DNA of 64,000 nucleotides, taken from contig CM075977.1 of assembly GCA_038087875.1 (NCBI GenBank), forward strand, positions 199,950,001 to 200,014,000, read 5' to 3'. Within the stretch, counting starts at the first letter, position 1. Each line of letters begins with the position of its first letter. This document shows, piece after piece, positions 36,781 to 49,690 of this stretch. Origin of the DNA: Malacoraja senta (taxonomy: Eukaryota). The translations under genes and the position numbers were made by a program. Under the pieces are notes generated by a model, which worked only from the letters and a program-made list of their open reading frames with translations, was not told the origin of the DNA and searched no databases.

Positions 36781-38640
36781 TGTGTGTGTGTGTGCGCGCG
36801 CCCCAGTCTGCCTGTGCGCGCCCCAGTCTGCCTGTGTGTGTGCGTGCCCCAGTCTGCCTGTGTGTGTGCGTGCCCCAGTCTGCCTGTGTATGTGCGTGCC
36901 CCAGTCTGCCTGTGTGTGTGCGTGCCCCAGTCTGCCTGTGTGTGTGCGTGCCCCAGTCTGCCTGTGTGTGTGCACGCCCCAGTCTGCCTGTGTGTGTGCG
37001 TGCCCCAGTCTGCCTGTGTGTGTGCGCGCCCCAGTCTGCCTGTGTGTGTGCGTGCCCCAGTCTGCCTGTGTATGTGCACGCCCCAGTCTGCCTGTGTGTG
37101 TGTGTGCGCGTGCCCCAGTCTGCCTGTGTCTGTGCGTGCCCCAGTCTGCCTGTGTGTGTGTGTGCGCGCGCCCCAGTCTGCCTGTGTATGTGCGTGCCCC
37201 AGTCTGCCTGTGTGTGTGCACGCCCCAGTCTGCCTGTGTGTGTGCGTGCCCCAGTCTGCCTGTGTGTGTGCGTGCCCCAGTCTGCCTGTGTGTATGTGCG
37301 CCCCAGTCTGCCTGTGTGTGTGCGTGCCCCAGTCTGCCTGTGTATGTGCGCCCCAGTCTGCCTGTGTCTGTGCACACCCCAGTCTGCCTGTGTGTGTGCG
37401 TGCCCCAGTCTGCCTGTGTGTGTGTGCGCCCCAGTCTGCCTGTGTGTGTGCACGCCCCAGTCTGCCTGTGTGAGTGCGTGCCCCAGTCTGCCTGTGTATG
37501 TGCGCCCCAGTCTGCCTGTGTCTGTGCACGCCCCAGTCTGCCTGTGTGTGTGCGTGCCCCAGTCTGCCTGTGTATGTGCACGCCCCAGTCTGCCTGTGTA
37601 TGTGCACGCCCCAGTCTGCCTGTGTGTGTGCGTGCCCCAGTCTGCCTGTGTATGTGCATGCCCCAGTCTGCCTGTGTATGTGCACGCCCCAGTCTGCCTG
37701 TGTATGTGCACGCCCCAGTCTGCCTGTGTGTGTGCGTGCCCCAGTCTGCCTGTGTGTGTGCGTGCCCCAGTCTGCCTGTGTGTATGCACGCCCCAGTCTG
37801 CCTGTGTGTGTGTGTGTGCGCACGCCCCAGTCTGCCTGTGTATGTGCGTGCCCCAGTCTGCCTGTGTGTGTGCACGCCCCAGTCTGCCTATGTGTGTGCG
37901 TGCCCCAGTCTGCCTGTGTATGTGCGCCCCAGTCTGCCTGTGTGTGTGTGCGCCCCAGTCTGCCTGTGTCTGTGCGTGCCCCAGTCTGCCTGTGTGTGTG
38001 CGTGCCCCAGTCTGCCTGTGTGTATGTGCGCCCCAGTCTGCCTGTGTGTGTGCACGCCCCAGTCTGCCTGTGTATGTGCACGCCCCAGTCTGCCTGTGTG
38101 TATGTGCGCCCCAGTCTGCCTGTGTGTGTGCACGCCCCAGTCTGCCTGTGTGTGTGCACGCCCCAGTCTGCCTGTGTGTGTGTGCGCCCCAGTCTGCCTG
38201 TGTATGTGCGCCCCAGTCTGCCTGTGTCTGTGCGTGCCCCAGTCTGCCTGTGTGTGTGCGTGCCCCAGTCTGCCTGTGTGTGTGCACGCCCCAGTCTGCC
38301 TGTGTGTGTGCACGCCCCAGTCTACCTGTGTGTGTGCGTGCCCCAGTCTGCCTGTGTGTGTGCGTGCCCCAGTCTGCCTGTGCGCGTGCATCTGTGTGCC
38401 TGTGTGAGTGCGTTCCCCAGTCTGCCTGTGTGTGTGCGTGCCCCAGTCTGCCTGTGTGCGTGTGTGCCCCAGTCTGCCTGTGTGTGTGTGCGCCCCAGTC
38501 TGCCTGTGTGTGTGCGTGCCCCAGTCTGCCTGTGTCTGTGCGTGCCCCAGTCTGCCTGTGTGTGTGTGCGCCACAGTCTGCCTGTGTGTGTGCGTGCCCC
38601 AGTCTGCCTGTGTGCGTGCATCTGTGTGCCTGTGTGCACA
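36781..38640. repeat. Minisatellite, roughly 70 copies of a mostly 26-bp unit CCCCAGTCTGCC(TG)nCRYG
   Basis: Nearly invariant core gccccagtctgcctgtg with variable TG/CG tract. Confidence 0.97.
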
Positions 38641-39510
38641 TGCACTATTTGTAATGACAATTATGCGTAAAATCATTGCCTATTTTGCTGAAATGTGGAA
38701 AAAATCTTTGGGCATATAAACGGAAAGACCATTTTCTATTGTTGCCAATCATAAATAACACTTGGAGCCGCTGACATTTCTTCTCCTTTTTTCTCCTTCT
38801 GTTCCTTTTTTCTGTGGTTTTCCCCAAGCTGTGTGAGATTCAGATTTTTTTTAGAGCGCGTTTCAAATCCCCAACAGTATTTGTTCTGTTAATTACTTTT
38901 TTTCAAATCCTGCAATGGTTCTGCTATAGCAGCAGAGGCACTCCACCTCCCATTTCACAAGCTGACACAATAAATGCCTGTGAAGAGATGAAAGTTTGAA
39001 CTCCTGTGCAAGGTTTATAGTCGAGAACAAAGAAGCACTGGCAATTATCTACCACTTCTTGAGGTCATTTGAGGGCAGCCCGAAGATTTTTGCGGCCAAA
39101 TGAATACTTTTGATTTGTAATGAGGGATACACAGTAGTTTAATCAGAACAAAATCAGCTCTTAGAAACACCAAAATATAATTAATGTGAGAAAATGGTTC
39201 AAAAATTGCACTTGGATTCTTAGGCTTTTATATATTTATATATAAGGCAGGCACTCGAGCTAGGAAAACATGATGAACCATTTGCAAACCATTTGCTTTG
39301 TCACATTTTGGAGTATTGGGTCCATTTTTCACCAGCCTGCTGGAAGAAAGAATGACCGATATTAGACTGGGTGCAGAAGAGCTCTTAAAACGTGGAGAGA
39401 ATACATTCTGCCCTGGACAGAGGATGTAAATTTTTTTCAAAACAGTGCTGCTGGAATTTTGCAATTCACCTGACTGGGTTGTGGTGTAACACTTTTGACT
39501 ACAATGCAAG

Positions 39511-41083
39511 GGTGGCCCAGCGGTAGAGACCTGATTTCGATCCTGACTATGGGTGCTGTCTGTACGGAGTTCGTACAATCACTCTGGATTTTATCCAGGT
39601 GTTTCCTCCTACACTACAAAGACCTATAGGTTACAATAAGAATATGGAAACAAATAAAATTATCCTTAAAATTAAGAAACCTATCATTGTTAACACCGAT
39701 AGTGAATAATCCTTTATTTAAGCCATCTATGATGGACAAAATATATAATCAATGGGAAATTTTAGGAATTAAAAGGATCGGGGCATGTATGAAATGGGAG
39801 ATTTACTATCATTTCAACAATTACAATTAAAATTTAAACTGAAAAACAATCATTATTTTAAATATTTTCAGATTTGCAATTTCATGAAGACATATATACA
39901 GGGATATCAAAAAATAATTCCTGATTTATTGGAAGGAGTAATGAATATTAAAGCTGATACACAAAAATTAATATCATATTTATATAATAGTATTTTAAAT
40001 ATAGATTTACCTGCGACTGAGGTAATTAGAGAAGAGTGGGAACGGGAATTAACGATAAAAATTACGAAGGTTACATGGGAAAAGTATTTGACATATATTC
40101 ACAAATATTCGATTAATGTAAGACACAATCTAATTCAGTTTAAAATTTTACATAGATTGTATTACTCAAAAATAAGATTAAATAAATTTTACCCAAATAT
40201 ATCCCCCACTTGCGATAAATGTTTAACCCAAGATGCAACTATAACACACTCTTTTGTTTCCTGTATAAAACTTCATAGATTTTGGAGTGATATTTTTGAA
40301 ATTTTCACAAAATTATTTAAGATAAAAATGGAACCTAATAATGAATTGATTATATTTGGGGTGATGGAAGATGGGAATAAACTGAATCCATCTCAAAAAA
40401 TATTTTTTAATTATGGTTTAATAATAGCTAAAAAAATTAATATTGACATTTTGGAAAAATACACCAATACCAACGCTTAAAATGTGGATTGCAAGTATGT
40501 TGGACACCGCACATCTTGAGGAAATGCGATTCCGCCTAATAGATAAATTTGACCAATTCACAACGAGTTGGTCTCCATTTGTCGACTTTTTGGAATCATG
40601 TGGTGCAACACAATTGTAAAAGTTAACTTGTGACCGGGCGAGGGATGGTCAAGATTACAAATAAGATCTCCTTACTTCTTTTTTTCTTTCTCTTTCTTTT
40701 TCTTCTTTTATTTTCTATTTTCTATTTTCTATTTCTTAACTTTCTTCTTTCACTCTCTATTTTCCTTTTTCACACACTATATATCTCACATTTTTCTATT
40801 TTTCATTACCTAACTTCTTTTTCTTTTTCTCCTTTATTATAAAAATAAGAAGCTGTACATAATATGCATTATGAAAATATGATTGTATACAATTGTACTT
40901 CTAATAAAAATAAAAAATAAATTAAAAAAAAAACAAAGACCTATAGGTTTGAAGGTCAATTGGCTTTGGTAAAAAATTGTAAATTGTCCCTAGGATGAGG
41001 GATAGTGCTCGTGTACTGGTTGATCGCTGCTCAGCAGACTCGGTGGGCTGAAGGGCCCGTTTCCGCGCTGTATCTCTAAAGTC
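39511..41083 (+). mobile_element. HE1/V-SINE-type SINE split by an L1 insertion
   Basis: 5' half 39511-39632, 3' half 40933-41083. Confidence 0.85.
39633..40932 (+). mobile_element. 5'-truncated L1-clade LINE (ORF2 C-terminus, 3' UTR, poly-A) with 17-bp TSD
   Basis: ORF 39785-40480 with LIQFKILHRLY and CDKC-x8-HSFVSC zinc knuckle; aataaa plus poly-A; TSD acaaagacctataggtt at 39616-39632 and 40933-40949. Confidence 0.92.
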
Positions 41084-41132
41084 TACTACTTTCAACAGTG
41101 TAGCAGTCTTTCAGTACTGCACTGAAGTGTTA

Positions 41133-41778
41133 AGGGCCTGTCCCAATTAGGCAATTTTTTCAGCGATTGGACTGTCACAGTCGTAGCAGGTCGCCGAAAA
41201 AGCGGCGACTGGACCCCCCCCCCCCACCTACAATGTCTACAACAAGCTACGACAACCTACCACCAAGTCAACGTCATGCTACGGCAAGCTACTGATAACC
41301 GGCGACCCATTAGGACGTCCACCTATGACCACACCTTCAGCAACCTATGACCACGCAGGCGACAACCAAAGTCAACCTACATCAACCCGTGACAAGCTAC
41401 GACAAGCAACGACCCTGTCGGTGACAACTGAAGACAATTCAGTCGCCGGTACCAGTCGCTGGTTGGCGTAGGTTGACGTAGATAGTCGCCAATGGAATTC
41501 ACCGAAGTCAGCACCCGGCAACAACCAACAACACCTGGCGACAACCTGCCTCATCCTGGCGACAACCTACGACAGCACTTACGCCAGGAGAAGACAAGCT
41601 ACGTCAAGCCCACAGTTGCCAAAAGGTTTTGAACATTTCAAAATCCAGCGGCGACCAGAAAAACGTTACAATTCTTTAGGCGACTTGAGGAGACTACTCA
41701 CGACCATACAGGCGACACCCTGTGACCATGTGAAAACAGCCTAGTCGCCGAAAAAATCGCCTAAGTGGGACAGGGGCT
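41133..41778. mobile_element. Harbinger-type MITE (646 bp), TTA TSD
   Basis: TTA[agggcctgtcccaattaggcaatttttt...aaaaaatcgcctaagtgggacaggggct]TTA. Confidence 0.9.
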
Positions 41779-41895
41779 TTAGTGCAGCTTTTTACTGCTT
41801 TAAATCTCTGGTCAGGGATATAGTCAGAACCTTTTGATCCTGCTCAGATACACCTACCAACAAAACCACATAGATAGACAAAGATTCATAGATTT

Positions 41896-42318
41896 AGATT
41901 TGGGTTTATTATCGTCACACGTACCAAAATACATTGGAAAAACTTTGTGTTTGCATGCTATTAATTCCAATCAGATAATACCATGCATAAACACAATCAA
42001 ATCAAATTCGATTTAGATAACAATAAAGACATTTCCATGCAATACTGAGACTGCTACACTGTTGGGTCCCACCAGTAGAGTAAAGTAGAGCAAAGGGAAA
42101 GATACAGAGTGCAGAATATAGTTTGCAGCATTGTAACGCACTTTCGAAGTCCAATGTCTGCAATTAGGTGGAGGAGCATGGACTATATCCGAGCTTATGC
42201 AAGGACTGTTCAGGAGCTTGATAACAGAGGGGAAGAAGCTGTTCCTCAGTCTGTTGGTGTGCGCTTTCAAGCTTCTGTATCTTCTGTCTGAGCAGAAAAA
42301 GGAATAACTGGGCTGGGC
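41896..42318 (-). mobile_element. Rex1/Babar-like 3' fragment
   Basis: KAHTNRLRNSFFPSVIKLLN. Confidence 0.75.
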
Positions 42319-42404
42319 ACAACAGTGTAGCAGTCTCAGTATTGCACTGAAATGTCTTTACTGTTATCTAAATCAAATTATTATTGTTTTATGTCTCCGG
42401 GCAG

Positions 42405-42845
42405 GAATGTAGGCTTGAGCTACAGGGAGAGTTTGGGCAGGCCAGGACTTTATTTCTAGGAGCACAGGCGGATGAGGGGTGATCTTATAGAGCTGTATTA
42501 AATCATGAGAGGAATGGATAGGGTAAATGCACAGTCTTTTACCCAGAGTAGGGAAATCAAGAACCAAGAACCAGAGGACATAGGTTTAAGGTGAGGGGGA
42601 AAGGTTTAATAGGAACCTAAGGGGAACTGTTTTATCCAAAAGGTAGTCTGCATATGGAACAAACTGCCAGAGGATGAAGTAGAGGCAGGTGCTATCACAG
42701 CGTTGGACAGATACATAAATATTATAGCTTTAAAAAGGTATGTGCCAAATGCAGGCAGGTGGGACTAGTGTAGATTGGGCAAGTTGGTCAGCATGGGCAA
42801 GTTGGATCAAAAGGCCTATTTACACACTGTATGACTCTATGGCTC
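42405..42845 (+). mobile_element. CR1 3' fragment
   Basis: ggatgaggggtgatcttatagag...agaggacataggtttaaggtg. Confidence 0.85.
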
Positions 42846-43410
42846 CATAACTTGTCGCTAAGCAAACATTTCCCTGTTGACAATCATTTTTCTATCTCTA
42901 GAATGTCATTTGGTTGAATGCGTCATGTATCTAAACTTCTGGATAAGCTGGACAATGTAAGTCATTTCCGTTGAGGTGCTTGGCAGAGAAAGAGGAATGT
43001 CGGATGCGAACTGTAGCACTCCGATTAAGGACACTGAGCAGCGGAATATTGAGGAGCGTTTGGAAGCTGTAAATGTTTGGGGAAAAAATGTGATCTTCTG
43101 AGATAGTGTTTCCATATGTCGTGAGACCTCGAAATGAGATTACTATTTAATTTGGTTTCGTCAGTTTGATCCACACCCCCTCACCTCATCTGTAACTTAA
43201 GAAATGTTGATTTCTCAACATTACTCTGAATGTGAGCCTTTAAACATAGAACAGTACTGCACAGGAATGGGCCGTCCAGCTCACAATGTCTGTGCCAAAC
43301 ACAATACCAAGACCTATTCTTATCTACCAGAACATAATTCATACTCCAAACCATCCATGTGCCAATCTAAATGCCTCGTAAATGCCACTCTCCTCTTAAA
43401 CTGCACTGCC

Positions 43411-43723
43411 ACAGTGGTGCAGCGGTAGAGTTGCTGCCTTGCAGCGAATGCAGCGCCGGAGACCCGGGTTCGATCCCGACTACGGGTGCTGTTTGTATGG
43501 AGTTTGCACGTTCTCCCCGTGATCTGCGTGGGTTTTCTCCGAGATCTTCGGTTTCCTCCCACACTCCAAAGACGTACAAGTTTGTAGGTTACTTGGCTTG
43601 GTAAATGTAAAAATTGTCCCAAGTGGTTGTAGGATGGGTGTTAATGTGCGGGGATCGCTGGTTGGCGCGGACCCGTTGGGCCGAAGGGCATGTTTCTGCG
43701 CTGTATCTCTAAACTAAACTAAA
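43411..43723 (+). mobile_element. Full-length HE1/V-SINE-type SINE within a CR1 remnant (43245-44305, minus)
   Basis: A box gtggtgcagcggtag, B box ggttcgatcc, core gtttgcacgttctccccgtg...ggtttcctcccac, CR1-like end gggccgaagggc...ctgta, (AAACT)n. Confidence 0.92.
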
Positions 43724-44071
43724 CCACCCCTGGAAGTGTATTTAACGTACCCACCATCGTATAAAATAAAAAATTGCTCTGCTCATCTCCTTTAAACGTT
43801 GCCCCTCTCACCTTAAAGTTATGCCCTCTGATATTTGACATTTCCAACCTGGGAAAAAGATTCTGAATGTCTACCTTGTCTATACCTCATATACCTCAGC
43901 CATCAACAGACACTACAGAGCAAACAAATTCTGTCCAACCTCTCCTTATTGTTAATACCTTCTAATCCCGATACCATTCTGGTAAACCTCTTCTACACCC
44001 TCTGCAAAGCCCCCAGATGCTGCCTGTAATGGGGGGGGGGACCAGAATGCACTTCAAATGTGCACTCCTAA

Positions 44072-44284
44072 TGGGCCTGTCAAACTTAGGCGACTGCCAG
44101 GTACTAGTTTTAATGAACTCGCCTACGTTAATCTACGACAGCACCAACGACAACCTACGATGACCTAAGAAAACCATCAACAGCAAAAATTGTCGCCTGT
44201 GCCCCCCAAAATTTTCAACATGTTACAAGTTTTGCGGCATTCGCCTGTAGTCGCCCAAAAAATCGCCAAAGTGGGACAGGCCCA
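44072..44284. mobile_element. Harbinger-type MITE (213 bp), TAA TSD
   Basis: TAA[tgggcctgtcaaacttaggcga...tcgccaaagtgggacaggccca]TAA; related to the 41133 element. Confidence 0.85.
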
Positions 44285-45204
44285 TAACCAAGGTCTTATG
44301 AAGCTGCTGTCATTGTATTTGGTACTCAATGCCCTTGTCCCTTCAGAGTCCTATAAAGATGACTTCCTGACTCCTAAATTCAATGCTCTGACCAATGAAG
44401 ATAAACATACACCTTTTTTACAACTGGATCTAGTTTTGGTGAAGAATTTTGGGGAGAATGCAATGGGGAACAGATGTGACATAATTTCAAGAGTTCAATG
44501 CATCCAAAACATTTTCTATTGTGGGGATGGAGAGAAAGCATAAAGTTCTTTGTGCAATTTATGCAACTTTTTTATTCATAAATGACTATGGAATGAAGTG
44601 TTAGTTGGTGATATTTTGCAAGTTCCCAGTGATGCGCTCTGATTAAGAAATGTTTTAAAAACTATATTTTAATAGAGCCTTTTCAAGCATATTGGAGCCT
44701 TTTGCAATTTTGCACCTTAAGACAGAAGAAACTTTTTACTTGAGGCTTTCCAATAAGTGGAGGTACAAGATCAAGTTCCTTCCTCTGGAAGTTAGAGATC
44801 TGACGATTCTTGCTAATTTGTTAAAACACACCTTGGGCCAGAGTGTCAACATTTTCCATTCCCTTTTGCAAGATGGAAAATTAATGTGACATTGCAGAGA
44901 ACTACATTCAGAAATGTAGCCGCCTTTTACAAATTTATTAAATATTCCAAAGCATCTTGGAGCCAGGGGCATATCATTTTTCACAAATATTATTTTCCCA
45001 TGCAGAAAATTAAAGGTTTGGCAATATAAAAAAAAGTTCCATTGCTGAGCTTGTGAAATCAGACATGACCTGAAATACTTCTGGGCAATATTTATTGAGA
45101 TTGAGACTGTACATTGTGGTAACTCTCATGGTCGGTTAATGAAACTGGGAACTGCTGTAGTCAACAGTTATTGTTTGTTACTCAACTGAGGCTCTGTGGA
45201 CCTG

Positions 45205-45735
45205 AGGCCCTGTAAGGTGCTGTCAGACTGCATTTGGAGCATTGTGAGCAGTTTTGAGCACCACATCTGAGGAAGATGTATTGGCTCTAGAGAGGGTCAA
45301 GAGGAGGTTTACAAGAATGATCCCAGGAATTAGTGGGTTATCATATGATGAGCGTTTGATGGCACTGGGCCTGTACTCGTTAGAGTTTAGAAGGATCAGG
45401 GGGGAACTCATTGAAACTTACCGAATAGTGAAAGGCTTGTGAATAGTGAATTAGAGTGGATGTGGAGAGGACCAGAGGTCATAGCATCAGAAGTAAAGGA
45501 CGTTCCTTTTGGAAGGAGATGAGAAGGAATGTCTTTAGTCAGAGGATGGTGAATTCTTTGCCATAGATGGCTGTGCAGGCCAAGTCAATGGATATCCCTA
45601 AGGCAGAGATAGATAGGTTCTTGATTAGTATGGGTGTCAAAGGTTATGGGGAGAAGGCTGGAGAATGGGGTTTGGAGGGAGAGATAGATCAGCCATGATT
45701 GAATGGCGGAGTAGACCTGATGAGCAAGTGGCCTA
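45205..45735 (+). mobile_element. CR1 3' fragment, followed by an opposite-strand CR1 tail at 45765-46020
   Basis: LERVKRRFTRMIPGISGLSYDERLMALGLYSLEFRRIRGELIETY. Confidence 0.88.
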
Positions 45736-46181
45736 TCACATGACCATATGACCTTTTCATTGAGCATGGAAACAGGCCCTTCAGCCCAACTTGCCCATGC
45801 CAACCAAGATGCCCATCTACACTCGTCCAACCTGCCTGTGTTTCATATCCATGTACCTGTCCAAATGGATTTTAAATGTTGTGATAGTAGTACCTGCCTG
45901 ATCTATCTTTTCTGGCAGCTCGTTCTGGCACCGCCCACGATGCGTAAAAGTTGCCGCTCAGGATCCTATTAAATCTCTCCCCTCTCACATTGACCCATGT
46001 CCTCTGGCTCTTGATTGCCCAATTTCATTGTTGACTATGCACTGTGATTTTGGGTGCACCTGGCAAAGCCCATCTTAGTTTTATAATCTTGTATTAGCTT
46101 ATTCAATGTGCTGGTCACCCATCACTCGCTTCCCTGTAGTCACTGGCTGCTCCTAACACAGATCATACAGCCTCTCTTCAT

Positions 46182-46398
46182 AGATAGACACAAAATGCTG
46201 GAGTAACTCAGTGGGTCAGGCAGCTTTTGTGGAGAAAAGGAATGGGTGAGATCTCTGGTCGAGACCCTTCTTCTGACCCCACCCGAAACGTCACCCATTC
46301 CTTCTCTCCAGAGATGCTGCCTGTCCTGCTGAGTTACTCCTGCATTTGTGTCTTATCTTCGGTGTAAACCAGCCAGCATCTGCAATCTCTTTCTACAC
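46182..46398. mobile_element. PLE-tail fold-back
   Basis: Inverted arms around gagacccttcttctgaccccacccgaaacgtc. Confidence 0.8.
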
Positions 46399-46939
46399 GG
46401 TCTCCATAGTTGGTGAGGATCCATGCTTTACACCTGAACAAACTGACACAGCAGGCAGAGTAGGATTTTAATCCATAAGAGTTAATGGTGTGCATCAGGA
46501 TTCTCGGGTGCATTTTGCATTAAGAGCCAAATAACTAAACTTAACCAATCAACTGGCAACTTCTCACATGGTGTTGAAGTAATTCCAGTTGGTAAACAGG
46601 CACCAGAACACCACCTGAAATCGGAGAAAAAGAAGTGGGTCCACTGTGGTGAAGTTAGTAAATTAGCATCCTACTTGCAAAGTTTAATTTGCTTTAAGGT
46701 GAGCATATTATGAAACTGGATGCCACAATAAAGCACCAAGTGGAAATGCTGCCTCAGTGCACCGTGACCTGGGGCTCCAGCATTGTCTGAAATTGAAAGA
46801 TCAGAAATAACAGTGGCAATTAAACTTCAACTGAAACAAAATTCTTCAAAGTAAATACTGTACAATTGTGCCAGAACTTGAGAACGTGCAAAAAGTGCAA
46901 CTTTCACTTCAAAAGATTCTGTGAATTTTAGTTTTTTAA

Positions 46940-47230
46940 GGTTTAGTTCAGAGATGCAGCGCAGAAACAGGCCCTTCTACCCACCAAGTCCACACCGACC
47001 AGCGATTCCCATACGCTAACACTCTACTACACGCGAGGGACAATTTAAATTTGTACCAAGCCAATTAACCTACAAACCTGCATGTCTTTGGAGTGTGGCA
47101 GGAAAGTGAAGATCTTGGAGAAAACCCACGCAGGTCACGGGAAGAACCTACAAACTCCATACAGCCAGCACCCACCCGGGTCTCTGGCACTGTCAGGCAG
47201 CAACTCTACCGCTGCGACACTGTGCCGCCC
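46940..47230 (-). mobile_element. HE1/V-SINE-type SINE
   Basis: Reverse-complement match to the 43411 copy. Confidence 0.88.
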
Positions 47231-47454
47231 ATGACATAATTCTAATGACATAAACTGATTGCCTAATATACTACATCACCCAAGTTCAGGAACTTTGTGT
47301 ACAGTGTGTGAAACACCATCATAGTTGATTTACAACTTGGAGCCATCATGTACCAGTCCGAAAACTGACTGATTGAATCTTGTGCCAACTGCGTCAATAA
47401 GAGATAATGTGTAATAATGCCAAGTAATCTAGCTGTCTGAAATCAAACAGTCGT

Positions 47455-47880
47455 AGAGTCTTACAGCGTGGAAAGTGGCCTTTCAACCCAACTTGCGTAC
47501 ACCGACCAACAGGTCCCATCTACACTCATCCCACCTGCCTGCATTTGACCCACATATCCTTCCAAATGTATCCTATGCAAGTGCCTGTTTAAATGTTTCT
47601 TAACAGCTGTGATAATACATGCCTCAACTACCTCCTCCGTTCCATGCACCCTTTGTGTGAAAAAAACTTCCCCTCAGGTTCCTATTAAATCATTCCCCCT
47701 CTGCTCAAACCTATGTCCTCTGGCTTTTAATTCCCCTACTCTGGGCAAGTGACTGTGCATCTACCCGATCTATTCCTCTCAGGATTTTGTACACCTCTAT
47801 AAGATCACCCCTCATCCTCCTGCGCTCCAAGGAATAGAATCCTAGTCTGCTTAACCTCTCCCTATAGCTGAGACCCTCGA
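47455..47880 (-). mobile_element. CR1 3' fragment
   Basis: Reverse match to 42405-42845. Confidence 0.85.
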
Positions 47881-48704
47881 GCATGTGGTGGGTTTTAATG
47901 TTTCTGAAGATCTGTCCTCAACATCACAGAATAATGTAAAGTGCTGTGGTAAAAGCATTAAAATATGATGCCATTTTGCTGGCTGAAGTAACTGGAACTT
48001 TACTTTCCCCCCCAATTCTGAAAGGTTACAAATTTAAAGAAATCCCCAAGTTCCTGGACACAGAACCTATACAGTTAGTTCTGCCATACTGTTTCCATAA
48101 TTGGATATTATGTGTTTCATAAATTAGGGAAAGCAATTTGTAGTTTGTGGGCCAAATTGATTATAATGTGATTTCAATTGGGAACTAAAAATACGCTTAA
48201 TTTACTTTGGAAATTGACAAGCAGAAAAATAGCTGTTTTGTCACAAAAAAAAAAACAGTATGGGAGAGGAAAAGCTATTTCCACGCAACTTCCCCGCAGC
48301 CATCAGACACCGTTGTATTTTACGAACTCTAGCAGTTTCACTGATGGTGGCCATTGAAACTGATAAGCAATTATTTCTATTGACACTTGTATAGTGATAT
48401 CCTATTCTGAATTGATATTTGGGGCCCTTAGTATTTTTTAGTGTGAGGTATATTTCATAGTTATTAAGAAGATCTATAATTTTGAAAGTCCTGCAGGAAA
48501 ATTAACTTTGTTATTAAGAGTCTGAAACTCTTCAGTCCCGAACTCCATTTCCCCCCATCGACACAATTGTTTTTAAACATGATGTTCTATAGATTCTTAG
48601 GAACACAACTATCATGTTATATTGAGCTACTATCTTTATGCACTGAACATTTAACCACTTTTCTATCATTCACCTTTTCAGTGGCACTCATTATTTTGCA
48701 ACTT

Positions 48705-48965
48705 CATAAGTTCCAGGAGCGGAATTAGGCCATTCGGCCCATCGTCTGCTCCACCATTCAATTGAGGCTGATCTATATTTCCCTCTCAACCCCATTCATC
48801 TGCCTTCGCCCCATAACCCATGACACCTGCACTGATTGAGAATCTGTCAATCTCCGCCTTAAAAATATCCATTGACTTGTCCTCCACAGCCGTCTGTGGC
48901 AATGAATTCCACAGATTCACCACCATCTGACCAAATAAATTCCTACACATCTCTTTTCCAAAGGC
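48705..48965 (-). mobile_element. CR1 3' fragment
   Basis: VVNLWNSLPQTAVE...FKAEIDRF. Confidence 0.85.
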
Positions 48966-49565
48966 ACGGTCAAACTTTGTTAGAATCATTACGCCACCTT
49001 TTCTTTTTCTTCCCCAGATTGTAGGACTGCAGCTCTACACAGCTGCTCCTGTACCCCATAAAGCACATCATTGCTGCTTCCAGATTTCTTGCCGCCTCAT
49101 TGCATTAGCTATCTGCAGCATGGTCCTTTGTTGAGAGTTTTTTCTTTCTGCCCCCAAAAATGGTTGACACCAAAACCAGACCCCCCCCCCGGCTTCAAGC
49201 AGTCCCCGCATCCTTATATCAGTAGGTTAGTTATTGGAATTCATATCTAACAGTGATCAGTTGTGCTGTTAAATCTCAAGTCCTTTGAGTCTGTTTTTGT
49301 GTGGTTGTAATGAAAGCTGGTTAAATAATTACAGTGTTCGTCGACAGATGAGTGTGCTTTGAGTCTGAGCGGTTTAATTAAACCCCTGTTATTCTGCATC
49401 TGTATCTAGTTCTAAACTTGATAACTCCCTTTCTCACTTCTTTGACACCACACTCCATTTTCTAAACAGCAGGGGAGGCAGCCATTCTCCCCATTGAGGC
49501 CATGTAAGCTCTCTTCATTATTGCTCCTGCCTATCGCATTTCCAGATTTTTTTCCCTCAAGCCCA

Positions 49566-49690
49566 AGGGTCTCGACCTGTAAAGTCACCCATTCCTTCTC
49601 TCCAGAGATGCTGCCTGTCCCGCCGAGTTACGCCTGCATTTTGTGTCTATCTTCGGTTTAAACCAGCCTCTGCAGTTCCTTCCTACACAT
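49566..49690 (+). mobile_element. Single-arm PLE tail; further arms at ~50205-50295, 52800-52915, 54255-54480, 55392-55480, 55745-55928, 59311-59440
   Basis: gtcacccattccttctctccagagatgctgcctgtcccg and reverse complements. Confidence 0.75.

Noticed and set aside
36781-38640. CRISPR-like repeat-spacer appearance
   Set aside because: Spacers are short TG/CG variants rather than unique sequences; there are no cas genes and the context is vertebrate.
36568-38719. Long ORFs (up to 658 aa) on both strands
   Set aside because: They are translations of a stop-free minisatellite, open in nearly all frames, with no domain or splice context.
43411-43485. tRNA gene
   Set aside because: The A/B boxes belong to the tRNA-derived SINE head and continue into the SINE core.
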